From positions 1 to 64,000 of the IMG/VR virus record IMGVR_UViG_3300024999_000004: 64,000 bases of DNA; one strand, given 5' to 3'. Below the pieces are notes generated by a model, which made no database searches, had not been told where the DNA came from, and saw only the letters and a program-made list of their open reading frames with translations. This DNA comes from a virus. This document shows positions 17,867-27,653 of the stretch, one piece after another; position 1 is the stretch's first letter, and every line of letters starts with the position of its first letter. The translations under genes and the position numbers were made by a program.

Positions 17867-19036
17867 CTACGCCGTGGTGCTGAGTCCACCCGCAGCTGCG
17901 GCAGTCGGGGCACCGACGTTGTTGAACAACTGCGTACCGTTGGCGGTCACGTTCACGGAGGCACAGTCCTGCAGGATGATCTTGTCGGTCGATCCCGTCA
18001 CGATGTGCAGAGCCGCAGGGACAGCCGTGGACAGAGCGTAATTGAACAGACAACCACGGAAAGCCGTCGGGCGACCACCAGAGGTACTGGCGCTCTTGAT
18101 CGCGCCGTGGGCGGTTCCTGCGGTCACGTACCCCTGGACCTCCACGCCGAGGAACCTGTTGCGTGCAACGGCTCCGCTCAGGAGGATCTCGGAAGCGGCG
18201 TTGTTGCCCTGCGCCACGGTATCGGACCCGATGGTTCCGCCCTCGAAGCAGGCCTCTTCAGCCGCATCCAGCTTCAGGCTATAGTTGGTGGCGGCGGTGG
18301 CCGCACCCATGGCTCCTGCGATGTGGCAGTTGCCGAAGTAGTTCCGGGCACCGGAGACCACGACGCCACCGATTTCGAGGGCGTTGGAACCGCCGTTCCA
18401 CATCATCGTGTTGTAGAAGGCGTTGTTGGAACCGGAAACCGTGATGAGGTTGACGTTGATGCTGGTCATGGACGTATGCGCCCCGACGGTGAGAGTCCCG
18501 GTGACGGTGATCGACAGGGCAGAAACCGTAACGACCGTGATGGCGGCGGCGTTCACGTTCGTGATGAACTTCATCCCCGCCACCCAGCCATCGGTAATGA
18601 AAGATCCCGTGGCGCGGGAAATGGAAGTGTCCGCCACAGCCGTCAGCGTCGCTGTCGTGACGATGCTCTTGTTGGCCAGACGCGAACGCATGAAGCTCTG
18701 CACAGGAGCACAGGCACCGACAACCGTGATTCCGTGCTTGTCCCAAGCAAGTTCCTGAGTGGCATAGCTCGTGGTCTGGGACGCGGTTCCGGTTCCCCGG
18801 GAGAGCAGGACGATGCCGTCACCGGCTCCGCTTACACAGCGGTCGTACGCGCCCGAGGAATCGAAGAGGGAAGCGAGGGCGCGGTCGGTCGAGATGCCGT
18901 CGGCTCCGTTGGTTCCGGAGGTCGGATCTACCCAGTACCACGTTCCCCGGATCGGGGGCAGGGGACCGGCAGCGTTGAGGGCAGTGAGGTAGTCGCGGGC
19001 GGACGGCCAAAAGCCGTCGGGAATGGAAAGATTCAT
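17867..19036 (-). CDS. Putative head-associated fibre/decoration protein with beta-helix-like region
   Basis: WYWVDPTSG.NG.DG...AL.SL...AYD.C.SG.GD.IVL, then ITVSGSNNAFYN and VVSGARNYFGNC beta-helix-like repeats; strong codon bias; RBS AGGAG. Confidence 0.65.
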   Translation of the reverse strand: MNLSIPDGFWPSARDYLTALNAAGPLPPIRGTWYWVDPTSGTNGADGISTDRALASLFDSSGAYDRCVSGAGDGIVLLSRGTGTASQTTSYATQELAWDKHGITVVGACAPVQSFMRSRLANKSIVTTATLTAVADTSISRATGSFITDGWVAGMKFITNVNAAAITVVTVSALSITVTGTLTVGAHTSMTSINVNLITVSGSNNAFYNTMMWNGGSNALEIGGVVVSGARNYFGNCHIAGAMGAATAATNYSLKLDAAEEACFEGGTIGSDTVAQGNNAASEILLSGAVARNRFLGVEVQGYVTAGTAHGAIKSASTSGGRPTAFRGCLFNYALSTAVPAALHIVTGSTDKIILQDCASVNVTANGTQLFNNVGAPTAAAAGGLSTTA

Positions 19037-19041
19037 GATGT

Positions 19042-19764
19042 TTAGCTCCTGGCCTGAATCACCCGGAGACCGGGGTAGATGGTGAACGTGTTGATCGCAG
19101 CCGATCCAGCACGACAATTGAGTGACAAGGTAAGGGAAACAGTGGGAAGGCTGGCCGAGAAAGTCGCAACTTTCACCCCGTCAAGGAAGAAAGTAGCAAG
19201 GGTCCCGTCCCAGTCAATCTCGTACTCGCGGGCCACGACGCCCATGGTCCCCGCAGCCGCAACAGCAGTCTGCGTTCCCGCAAGGTAGCTGTGGCAGTTG
19301 ATGGTCGTGGTGTTGTCGAGCTTGCAGAAGAACAGGCCCTCCACAGCAGTGTTGATCCCATGGGAGACGCTCGTGACAAGGAGATCAGTCTTGATGCCGC
19401 ACAGGCCGAACAGGAAGTCAGACTGCGTGGCTTCAGACAGCTTGATCTCACAATACGCCTTGAAGGGTTTGCCTGCTTCGCACTTGACGAGGGCTCCCTT
19501 GACCTGTGCGTTGATGCCCGCAAAGTCTTCCGCCGAAGTGGCGATGGTTATCAGTTCTCCGGATGTCACCGAAGGCACTGCCGTAGGGGTAGTCCCTACC
19601 ACCGTCAGCGTGAGCGGAGCCACACCTTCGGAGGGGGTAAGGATCACTTTCTGGACATCCCCCCACGCATCATGCCACCGCACTCCGATCCCGGTTACGT
19701 TTTCCTCCAGGATTCCGAGGGTGGTTGAAGCGGGAGTCAGGGGTCCCTGCTTGAATATGCTCAC
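19042..19764 (-). CDS. Putative capsid accessory protein (ConA-like beta-sandwich)
   Basis: YEIDWDGTLATFFLDGVKVAT; downstream of the MCP. Confidence 0.55.
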   Translation of the reverse strand: MSIFKQGPLTPASTTLGILEENVTGIGVRWHDAWGDVQKVILTPSEGVAPLTLTVVGTTPTAVPSVTSGELITIATSAEDFAGINAQVKGALVKCEAGKPFKAYCEIKLSEATQSDFLFGLCGIKTDLLVTSVSHGINTAVEGLFFCKLDNTTTINCHSYLAGTQTAVAAAGTMGVVAREYEIDWDGTLATFFLDGVKVATFSASLPTVSLTLSLNCRAGSAAINTFTIYPGLRVIQARS

Positions 19765-20720
19765 TGTACAGCCTCCTTATCTTCAGTACAAATAGGACAG
19801 AGTTCTCTTGTCACTGTACCACAGATAAACGGCTTGTTGCAAGAGGTACATTTGATGCGGAACCTCCGAAGGTACAAGGACTTATCAGGGTTCTTGGGGC
19901 TCTTGGGGCTCTTGAGAGGTCTGTTCGTCGTCGTGTCCACAGGCAGGGGCTCAAGGATCACGGAAGGGTCGGTCTTGAGTACAAAGACCGTCTGGTAATC
20001 AAAATGCTGTGGGACGTAGGCGTAGCCGTCTTTCCGCAGGATGTTGAGCTTCCTCCATCCGTACTTGGACTTGCATTCGGGGCAGAATTTCTTATGCGTA
20101 GCGTTGGATTCGAATACGGTATCACAAACTACACAGGAGACAGGTGTAAGTTTTGCTTTGGGACACTTCCTGCCTCTATGCGCTCGGGACATGTTAGCTA
20201 GGGCTTCTGTGGTGTGAGGAATTCCCTTATTTGGGGCAGGTTTTCCCTTTCGTATTGCTGTAAGATGCGCCTTCGTCTCGGGGGAGTAAACTACCTTCTT
20301 CCCTTTGTTGGGAGAGATTATCTCCCCTGAGGCGTACTTTCGTTTAAGTGTAGCACTTATTTTAGGTGCTGCCTTAATATGCGCAAGCCTACTTATCTCT
20401 CTGGCTTCTTCCGTAGCCATAGAGGCTCCCTCCCCTCCGTGAGTAAGGTTGTACCCACAGCAAGAGATGGCGGTTGAAAACAAATCAATATACTCCCGCT
20501 CAAGATCGCACAACACTTCGTTGTCGTCGGAGTGCTCCAAAATCTTCCACGCAAAGTTCTCGGGTCCGTACTTCAGAAGGGCGGCATGGAACACAAAGCC
20601 GTCTTTTCGACGAGCACTGTTTAGATGACAATGCCTTCGTCGGGTAAGAGCGGAATCCCTGCTCTTTCCGATGTACATTTTCCCGTTTACTCTGTTGGTT
20701 GCGCAGTAGACTATTCCCAT
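19761..20720 (-). CDS. Free-standing GIY-YIG homing endonuclease with NUMOD3-like repeats and C-terminal Zn fingers
   Basis: MGIVYCATNRVNGKMYIGKS...E.EYI...GYNLTHGGEG; PNKG repeats; two CxxC...CxxC clusters. Confidence 0.88.
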   Translation of the reverse strand: MGIVYCATNRVNGKMYIGKSRDSALTRRRHCHLNSARRKDGFVFHAALLKYGPENFAWKILEHSDDNEVLCDLEREYIDLFSTAISCCGYNLTHGGEGASMATEEAREISRLAHIKAAPKISATLKRKYASGEIISPNKGKKVVYSPETKAHLTAIRKGKPAPNKGIPHTTEALANMSRAHRGRKCPKAKLTPVSCVVCDTVFESNATHKKFCPECKSKYGWRKLNILRKDGYAYVPQHFDYQTVFVLKTDPSVILEPLPVDTTTNRPLKSPKSPKNPDKSLYLRRFRIKCTSCNKPFICGTVTRELCPICTEDKEAVQ

Positions 20721-20742
20721 GGGAAGCCTTATGTAGGAGGAA

Positions 20743-20782
20743 ACAAAAGATTAGGGACGAAGATTAAAATCTTCGTCCCTAA
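20743..20782 (-). terminator. Strong hairpin / terminator after the major capsid gene
   Basis: Perfect inverted repeat TTAGGGACGAAGATT-AA-AATCTTCGTCCCTAA followed by TCTTTTGTTT on the minus strand. Confidence 0.75.
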
Positions 20783-20790
20783 ATTACACT

Positions 20791-21741
20791 TTACGCGGTA
20801 GCGAGTCCCGTGAGGGTGCCGTGGTAGGTCTCGGCGCTGTAGTCAATTCCGCACTGACTGTACATGTAGCCTCCGTATGCCGCAGCGGAGGCTGCAGTCG
20901 GCTGCCACAGAACCTCGGCTCCATCCATGGAGAATTCCATCCCGCCGTTGCTGAGAGGCACGATGGGGACGTACACCGGGGAAAGAACGGAGATGTCCGC
21001 GATCAGGAGCGTTCCCGCAGGAATCTGGGGATCGTAAACCACGCCCATCTGAGCAAAATCCGTCTCGATGAGCTGAATGTTTGCACCACCAACCGTCCGG
21101 CTCTGGGGCACGTACTCGTACAGATGCGAAAGCTGTTGCTTCTGATAGCCGTTGACGAAGATCACGGGGTCGGTGAACGGGGAGCCGTTGTCGGCCATGG
21201 TCCGCAAGAGCTTGTCGATGAGGGGCTTGGTGAGAGCAGCACCCGCAGCCGCCACGGTGTTCGTGGTGATGCCAGTGATGATTCCGCGAGTCTTGGCCGC
21301 AGTGGCGGTCGTGGTCGCATTCGCGTAGACACCGTTCAGGAAAGCGTACTCCATGTCGAGAGCCATCTGCTTGAGCTGGACATTCTTCTGGAAGGTCAGT
21401 TCGTCCACGACCGGATTGGGGTCGTTGGTGTTGATGCCGCTCATGAAGCCGGAGGTGCTCTGTTTCTTCAGCGACACTTGCACGGTGTTCTGGAAAATCT
21501 GCACCGTGTTGGTGGCCTCGGAACGGGCCGTGGTCGTCGGAGTCAGGGTCCCTACGGAGTCATCTTCCGAGATCGCGGGCTGGGAAGCCGCAGCAAGGGT
21601 CCACGTCTGGGCAAGGGGAAACAGGAAGGCACCGGAGCGCCGGGACCTGCCCGCGATGAGGTTGAGGAAGGGGGTCTGCTTTCCGCCGATCTGGAGAAGC
21701 TCGCCACGATAGTTCAGGGTATCGGTCTTGGTCATGGCCAT
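20791..21741 (-). CDS. Major capsid protein (DUF5309/SU10-like HK97 fold)
   Basis: TPFL...N.VQIFQNTVQVS...DELTFQ...MALDMEYAFLNG...TRGI...IETDF; strongly biased codons. Confidence 0.9.
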   Translation of the reverse strand: MAMTKTDTLNYRGELLQIGGKQTPFLNLIAGRSRRSGAFLFPLAQTWTLAAASQPAISEDDSVGTLTPTTTARSEATNTVQIFQNTVQVSLKKQSTSGFMSGINTNDPNPVVDELTFQKNVQLKQMALDMEYAFLNGVYANATTTATAAKTRGIITGITTNTVAAAGAALTKPLIDKLLRTMADNGSPFTDPVIFVNGYQKQQLSHLYEYVPQSRTVGGANIQLIETDFAQMGVVYDPQIPAGTLLIADISVLSPVYVPIVPLSNGGMEFSMDGAEVLWQPTAASAAAYGGYMYSQCGIDYSAETYHGTLTGLATA

Positions 21742-21802
21742 GGTGTTCCACCTGTTTTACGTAAGGACCTTTGCTCTCAGGGGCTTCGCGCCCCCAATTA
21801 CT

Positions 21803-22588
21803 TTAATCCTTCATTTCGGAAGCCAACTTCGCTTTCAGCATAATAGCTAATTCTGTTCTGCCGCTTGCGAGGGCTTCCTGATATAATTGCTCGGTCGATT
21901 TGGAGCCCCCTATGGACCCCGCACCTCCGGCACCTGACGCTCCGCTTCCCGAGGACCTCGGAGGAGCAAGGATGCTTTTGGCAAGAACGCTGGTATCGGC
22001 CCAGTTCTTGATGTAGTCAAGAGGCGTAACCTCCATCTCCACACCGCTGTCGCCTTTCATGCGCGCATACACGCGCCGCGTACCGTCCTCACCCACATCG
22101 ATCTTGATGTCACCGGACAACAGACCAAAGACTTCATCGGACATGCTCGGGTCCTTGAGCGACAAGGAAGAGATGGCCTTGCGGAGTTCGGCGGCTTTCA
22201 CCGTCTCGTTCAGGATTCTGGATTCTTTGTCCACCTGATCCTGGAGCTTCTTCGCCAGCTTCTCGAATTCCTTGTTCTGCTTGGAGGTGCCTTGAAACTT
22301 CGCGTTCACCTCGTCAAGTTCTTTCTGCTTGGACTCCAGAATCTTGTCCCGGTCCTCAAGTTGCCGCAAAACCTTGCTGAACTCCTCGGGGTCCGCAGAC
22401 GTGACTGTCTGGGCCTTCGCTTCCAGCTCGCGTATCTTGGTCTTCTGGGCGGCGATGCTTGCAGCGCTTTCGTTGAATACCGTGCCCATCTTCTCGAAGA
22501 TACCCGCCGATTTTTCCGTGAACTCTTCCTTCTTGTCTTCAGGCACAAATCCAACCAGAATGTCCCGAAGCTCGTCCTGAAACGCCAT
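21803..22588 (-). CDS. Capsid scaffolding protein
   Basis: Coiled-coil, Gly/Ser-rich C-terminal linker; between portal and MCP. Confidence 0.75.
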   Translation of the reverse strand: MAFQDELRDILVGFVPEDKKEEFTEKSAGIFEKMGTVFNESAASIAAQKTKIRELEAKAQTVTSADPEEFSKVLRQLEDRDKILESKQKELDEVNAKFQGTSKQNKEFEKLAKKLQDQVDKESRILNETVKAAELRKAISSLSLKDPSMSDEVFGLLSGDIKIDVGEDGTRRVYARMKGDSGVEMEVTPLDYIKNWADTSVLAKSILAPPRSSGSGASGAGGAGSIGGSKSTEQLYQEALASGRTELAIMLKAKLASEMKD

Positions 22589-22691
22589 GCAACCTTCTTT
22601 GCCAATCGGCAATGCAGAGAGATGATTATTTTGCCTCTGTCGTAGGCTCAACCGGGCCTGTCCAGAAGCAAACCGTATACTAACATTGTCT

Positions 22692-22720
22692 ATACTACAA
22701 CAAGAGTTACAAAGTGTCAA
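22692..22720 (-). promoter_or_regulatory. Sigma70-type promoter for scaffold/capsid
   Basis: TTGACA-17-TAGTAT. Confidence 0.65.
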
Positions 22721-22747
22721 GCGGTGATTCCACCGCCTTATTCCAAC

Positions 22748-24313
22748 TTATTTAAGCAAGCCTGAAGTCGCGGACGCCGTGGTCAAACCACCTTCCGCAG
22801 GAGGCGCTACAATAGGAGGAAGTGCCGCGATCTCCTTCATGTGCTTCTCGAAGCTCTTGTCTCCGCGCACGAGGCCTCCGGCGACAATAGCTTCGTAGAA
22901 TTCCTCGTCGCTGATCTTGTTGGCCGTCCTCGCTCCGATGAGGGCAATGAGAGTCTGGCTGTCAATATTCCCCGGCAAATAGTTGGTGGACAATCGATAG
23001 GTGATTTCCTGCCTGTCCTTGCCTTTCAGACCCATGAATTCGGCCATGCATCTGAGCGCGGACGTGAGGGCCAAGGAGATATTGTTGGCCATGGTGGCAA
23101 GGATTGCCTGCTCTCCCGCGCGGTGGATGGCTGCGGTCTCGGCGGCTTCCGTCGATTTGGCATCCCCCGCGAGGATCTTGTTTCCGAGGACTGACATATC
23201 GTCCACATATTCACGCATCAACTCTTTCGTGGGATTGATGCCTTCTCCGGTCATTTCCAGGAAGGTGGCGCTTCCTCCCTCGGTGAGCATGATAGCCGAA
23301 GTCGGGCCGAGCTTGATGCTCTTTGCCACCTGCCCGTTCTCGTCCATCAACTGCCCGCTGATGACGGGGGTGGGAACATCCGCCCAATGCACCGCATGGT
23401 TGCGGTCGGCAGAAGCTTGGTAGTGGTGGATATTCAGGAACGCCATATCGAGCAAGGGCGGACGCTGAACCTTCATGGTGTTTTCCATGGGGCCGATGGG
23501 GTAGAAGGGGATATAGTGCATGGGTTCGCCGTCGCAGAAAATGTAGCCGGAATCCAGCGGGAGCATCTTCTCTTTCGTCCCCACCAAAGCATCGGGATCA
23601 ACTTCGTAGACCTCAAAGACGCAGTTGACCACTCCCTCGGATTCCTCAAGACGGAATATCCTGACGCGGGTGGATATCTTCGTTTCGTAGGTATACAGGG
23701 AAGTTCCGGAGGCAAAAGGCTCCTCATAGGTATCCTGCAATTTAAGGTACGTCAGCACCCTTCTGTTTCCGATACGGCCTTCCCTCCAGTCGAGGATATT
23801 CTCCGCCGTGTACATAATGAGGTAGGGCCTGATTCCGTAGTTCTCCACGTCCATCCTGACCAGTGGCTCCTCGGGCGTGACCGGGTACTCAACAAGAATA
23901 CCCACCCTTCCGGGAGTAAGTGTTTCGGCCAGGGAGTTCATGGCAAAAGCGTCCAGGGGGACGCCTGTCAGCGTGATGTCGGATTCAAGAGCCCTGATTT
24001 CTTTGGGCGCTTCGAACGTGGGCTTCTTCCTTCCCACAAGACCCAGCATGGCATCGATTGCGCGTCCCGTGAATCCAGTGAAGGAGGCGCGGTTCAGGTA
24101 GGCAAGGTACTCGGATTCGTTCATGCCGTTGGGCTGGGGGAGGTAGGTTGTCTTGTTTTCCTTTACAACATCCTCGCCTTCGACGACATCACGCATCAAG
24201 GCCCATCGGCCCTTGTTGGCTTCATATTCACGGTGCACGGTCATCAGACCCACGGGGATGGGGACGGCGGAGCCCATGGAGGCTGCGGCTACGGAGGCGA
24301 GGGTATAGTCCAT
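22748..24313 (-). CDS. Portal protein (DUF4055-type)
   Basis: H.EY....W..MRD...GE..VK....YLP...Y..YL.RA.F; YTAENILDW; PPLLD.A.LNI.HYQ.SAD; E.AETA.I. Confidence 0.9.
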   Translation of the reverse strand: MDYTLASVAAASMGSAVPIPVGLMTVHREYEANKGRWALMRDVVEGEDVVKENKTTYLPQPNGMNESEYLAYLNRASFTGFTGRAIDAMLGLVGRKKPTFEAPKEIRALESDITLTGVPLDAFAMNSLAETLTPGRVGILVEYPVTPEEPLVRMDVENYGIRPYLIMYTAENILDWREGRIGNRRVLTYLKLQDTYEEPFASGTSLYTYETKISTRVRIFRLEESEGVVNCVFEVYEVDPDALVGTKEKMLPLDSGYIFCDGEPMHYIPFYPIGPMENTMKVQRPPLLDMAFLNIHHYQASADRNHAVHWADVPTPVISGQLMDENGQVAKSIKLGPTSAIMLTEGGSATFLEMTGEGINPTKELMREYVDDMSVLGNKILAGDAKSTEAAETAAIHRAGEQAILATMANNISLALTSALRCMAEFMGLKGKDRQEITYRLSTNYLPGNIDSQTLIALIGARTANKISDEEFYEAIVAGGLVRGDKSFEKHMKEIAALPPIVAPPAEGGLTTASATSGLLK

Positions 24314-24481
24314 TTACTTCTTTCCTTTTTTCTGTGCAGGCTTTTTGGAGGATTTCTTGCTTTTGCCCGCCTTCTCTAAGGCAATAGCTACGGCCTGCTT
24401 ATGGGAATACTTCCCGCTGTGTTCAAGCTCGGAGATGTTGGCAGAGACCGCTTTCTGCGAGGAACCTTTCTTCATGGGCAT
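24314..24481 (-). CDS. Small basic protein ([18 protein letters not shown]...KQAVAIAL)
   Basis: Recurrent small phage protein pattern next to packaging genes; RBS AGGAGG. Confidence 0.7.
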   Translation of the reverse strand: MPMKKGSSQKAVSANISELEHSGKYSHKQAVAIALEKAGKSKKSSKKPAQKKGKK

Positions 24482-24567
24482 CTTGTGGCCTCCTGTAGGA
24501 GCGGACAATTACATACAAGTATACAATGAAACGGCGGAAGACGCAATACTGCGGAGATACGGGGAGG

Positions 24568-25860
24568 CTAGGCTCCTGTCACGGGGACTCTCTGCATCCC
24601 GTTTTTGAGTGGAAGTTGTGCCATAATCAGATATCCTAATGCATCACCTATATGACCTAATGGCGACTTGGGATCAGGAATCCGGGTTCCTTCCACATAG
24701 GTGAATCCGTCCAAGGACTTTTTGATATGCTGGGTGGACCCTCCTTTATGGAAGAGAAGGCGTCGTTCCCCTGCCGCAGAACAAAGAGCGGCATTGACGG
24801 TATTGATCCTGTCAACAACGTGATATTTGGTTCCGGGGTCGTAGACCTGAAATCCTGCCTTGCGGAGGATGGTGAAGTCGGTTGTTCCGGCTGCGGCGGA
24901 GGTATGCCGGGAACCACCCGCAGGATCAGGGAAACAATAAACCGGGTTATCGGGGTATCTTCTCCGTATTTCCTTCGCCATGAGTTCGGTGTTGCTGTCG
25001 GGAATTTCAATGTCATCGATGATATGGAGATCCCGTCCTCTGCGTATGCCTACAACAACAGCCCCAGGGCTGATATTGAAATCCTCGCCTATCAAGATAG
25101 TTGTTTCTCCATCCTGCGCCATGAGCACAGATTCAGACAAATCAACTACATTCTTATCCCTGTCAAAGGCGTAGTAAACACGTCCTGCCATGTTGACAAA
25201 ACTTGCATTGAACTCCTGCTCGAACATCCGGGGGTCCATGTCCCGTCTTGCAGCTTCTATTTCTTCCTTCGGAACGTTTCCACCATCTTCCGTGGTGTAA
25301 TGATGATAGCCCCAAGAGGGGTCGCCCTCATGCTTATTCTTCAAATCATATACCCAATCAAAGCCGTTTGGAGTGGTTATGAATAAGGCATCCCCCTGTT
25401 TATCCGCCAAACTGGGGCGTATGACTTCCCACGTATACGCAGCCTGATCGCGGGCTTCGTCGAAAACCACGAAATCGAGGGGATCTCCACGGAGAGAATC
25501 AGGGTTGTCCGCACTCTTTACTGTTATGGTAGACCCGTTCAACAACTCGATGGACAGATCGGTTTCATTCTTATCTTTGATGTACGCCCTTGGAAGAAAC
25601 TCCTTGAGCGGCTTCCAAAGCAGGCGCTTCCCCATGCCTCTCGAAGGTGCAATAAACCATATATAGGAGTTTGCTTTCCTTACGGCGTACTTGGAAACTT
25701 CATACTTTCCCAGATACGTCTTCCCGAAACGTCTCCCGGCAACCACCACCCTATTTCTGGCAGGATCATTGAATATCGTCTCCTGCGGCCCCGTCATTAT
25801 GAACTGGAGGGGAGGGAGGATGTTGCCTCTTTTTCTGCGCGGCGCTATGGGTGCTGACAA
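24568..25860 (-). CDS. terL: Terminase large subunit
   Basis: Walker A VVAGRRFGKT, LRG..LDFVVFDEA, FITTPNG, EQEFNASF; nuclease G.DFN..P, FPDPAG, H..DALGY. Confidence 0.95.
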   Translation of the reverse strand: MSAPIAPRRKRGNILPPLQFIMTGPQETIFNDPARNRVVVAGRRFGKTYLGKYEVSKYAVRKANSYIWFIAPSRGMGKRLLWKPLKEFLPRAYIKDKNETDLSIELLNGSTITVKSADNPDSLRGDPLDFVVFDEARDQAAYTWEVIRPSLADKQGDALFITTPNGFDWVYDLKNKHEGDPSWGYHHYTTEDGGNVPKEEIEAARRDMDPRMFEQEFNASFVNMAGRVYYAFDRDKNVVDLSESVLMAQDGETTILIGEDFNISPGAVVVGIRRGRDLHIIDDIEIPDSNTELMAKEIRRRYPDNPVYCFPDPAGGSRHTSAAAGTTDFTILRKAGFQVYDPGTKYHVVDRINTVNAALCSAAGERRLLFHKGGSTQHIKKSLDGFTYVEGTRIPDPKSPLGHIGDALGYLIMAQLPLKNGMQRVPVTGA

Positions 25861-25872
25861 ACGTTGCCTTCC

Positions 25873-26358
25873 TTACGTATACACAAGAGATTCTATCTGT
25901 TTATACGTGTCGGGATGGAAACGCATCTTTTCCTTGTTGGCTTCCCACCATGCCTTCGTATCGGGGGTCCCTTGGGCCTTTCCAGCTCCGACCCAATCAC
26001 AGTACATCTCAAGGATCGCGGAAGGGTGCATAGGGATAAGTTTCTCTTGTCCCCTCTCTGTTGCCAGGACCCAGTACTGCCAATGATGCTGATGAAGCCT
26101 TGTATGAACGAACCACGCATCCTCGAATGCTTTGTTTCCTGTGTCCGTGGGCTTGTAGTATCCTGTAGCGTCCCTCTTCTGTTTCTTGCTTCCATCTTTG
26201 TTGTAGAACAGATTGGCGTAGGCAAAGAAAGAGAAGGGCAGGAATTTATCCCAGTCGTGGATAAAGCCACGCCAGAACAGGCAACGATTGAAGCACTCAA
26301 GGAGAACAAACCATTTATGCACCGCGACGTACTTGAAATAAGCCAAGTATCCTCTCAT
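25873..26358 (-). CDS. HD-domain-like phage protein
   Basis: HKWFV...HDWDKF...AW..H...HQHHWQYW...EMYCDW.GA. Confidence 0.7.
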   Translation of the reverse strand: MRGYLAYFKYVAVHKWFVLLECFNRCLFWRGFIHDWDKFLPFSFFAYANLFYNKDGSKKQKRDATGYYKPTDTGNKAFEDAWFVHTRLHQHHWQYWVLATERGQEKLIPMHPSAILEMYCDWVGAGKAQGTPDTKAWWEANKEKMRFHPDTYKQIESLVYT

Positions 26359-26367
26359 GGAAGCTCC

Positions 26368-26790
26368 TTATTCATTATAGTGTCCATTCTCCCGCAGCAC
26401 TTCCACAACCCCCGCCATCATGTCCCCGATCAGATAACAAAGGTCCTCTTCGGCGTCATCGATTCCCGCCTCAGCTGTAGGGAGTTTCCTTCCCGCAGCG
26501 CGGCTATAAGCAAGAGCAAGATGCGTGCATTCATGCGATAATACCCTTGTCCCTAAAGCATCCTCGGAGACAAAGAGATACGCGAACGGAGCATCCCCGC
26601 TATACCCTGTTCTCCTGACCAAGGCTCTTGTTCCTTCCTCCCACACATCCTCCCGTTTATACACTCCCCTGTAAAAGTCCTTTACGTACTTCTCCAGCTC
26701 GTCATTATCGCGTACTACGTGCATCTCGAAGAAGAAAGGGAGGGAGTCCTTGCTCAGGGTGTAAATGGCTACGTCATCTTTTTCAATCAA
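26368..26790 (-). CDS. HExxH metallopeptidase-like protein
   Basis: VLSHECTH...EEDLCYLIG. Confidence 0.6.
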   Translation of the reverse strand: MIEKDDVAIYTLSKDSLPFFFEMHVVRDNDELEKYVKDFYRGVYKREDVWEEGTRALVRRTGYSGDAPFAYLFVSEDALGTRVLSHECTHLALAYSRAAGRKLPTAEAGIDDAEEDLCYLIGDMMAGVVEVLRENGHYNE

Positions 26791-27118
26791 GAGGACCGTC
26801 CATGGGAAGCAAAGCTACCGTCTTCCCCGCCAGTGCGTGAGAGCAGTCGGACAGGAATTCGATATTTCCATCACGGACGAAGGAATGGCAGAGAATGTGG
26901 ATTGCCCCTTTCACGTGTATTCCGTCCGGTGCAAGGACGGTGTTTCCCTCACTGTCAAACTCAGGTTCCCAACCTTTGGGCGTGTTCCAGCACGGGCCTA
27001 CTTTCAGGCTAGGGGAGAAGGTTGGCTTCACCATGTCCCCGTTGAACGACCACCTTGAGTCAAAACTGTGGTGGCTCCGGCATCCGGGGCACCAGAATGC
27101 GAGGGCTCCATCGGACAA
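26783..27118 (-). CDS. Zn-binding protein (CPGC..H...W.FNG...PTFSPS...CHSFVRDG.I.FLSDC.H)
   Basis: Conserved Cys/His pattern of a DUF6527-like family. Confidence 0.7.
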   Translation of the reverse strand: MSDGALAFWCPGCRSHHSFDSRWSFNGDMVKPTFSPSLKVGPCWNTPKGWEPEFDSEGNTVLAPDGIHVKGAIHILCHSFVRDGNIEFLSDCSHALAGKTVALLPMDGPLD

Positions 27119-27137
27119 CTTGATAAGGACATCGGGT

Positions 27138-27422
27138 TCAACAAAAGAAAGTCTCCTCCATCCAGCTATGGGTAACGTCCCTGAACTTCCCCTTCCTTAC
27201 GTCTGCGAGGAAATCATCTGGTCCGTACACGGGCTTCATAATGTCCTGCACGCCATCTTCGTTTCGCTCCGTAGGCACATAGATTTCAGGTTCGTACTTC
27301 CTGTCTCTCCATGCGTAGTACAAATAGGCGTCTTTTTTGGCCTTCTCGATGTCTTCGTATACTCCGAGAGGGAAGGCATGGGACTCTTCACCGCCGTATC
27401 TACGGGCAATCAATACAAACAA
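27138..27422 (-). CDS. Hypothetical protein
   Basis: ORF in operon, with RBS. Confidence 0.55.
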   Translation of the reverse strand: MFVLIARRYGGEESHAFPLGVYEDIEKAKKDAYLYYAWRDRKYEPEIYVPTERNEDGVQDIMKPVYGPDDFLADVRKGKFRDVTHSWMEETFFC

Positions 27423-27433
27423 GAGAACCTTCC

Positions 27434-27553
27434 CTACATGCCCGGCTTCAGAATGACCCCGTCAAGATCGACAAAGTACATTCCGTCCGCAGTCTTGATC
27501 CACCCAAGATACCCGACATCAGCAGGAAACGCATACAAACCAAAATCAAACAT
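27434..27553 (-). CDS. 39-aa hypothetical protein
   Basis: ATG with RBS GAGGGGG directly after a GAAGTC motif; fills the gap. Confidence 0.5.
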   Translation of the reverse strand: MFDFGLYAFPADVGYLGWIKTADGMYFVDLDGVILKPGM

Positions 27554-27653
27554 TTTGTGCCCCCTCGAAAATTTCCGGCCCTAATCGCCGACTTCGCTCA
27601 ATAGAACAAACAAAAGATAGACAAATAACACTACCTTCCGCCCCAAAATTGAC

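Noticed and set aside
13361-20720. Group I introns around the GIY-YIG genes
   Set aside because: Flanking genes appear complete and there is too little non-coding sequence for a ribozyme core.
237-25400. Long plus-strand ORFs over the structural operon (e.g. 237-1229, 9108-10469, 18005-19045, 20821-21843) and minus-strand 46136-47965
   Set aside because: Antisense shadows of codon-biased genes, with no RBS or recognisable motifs.
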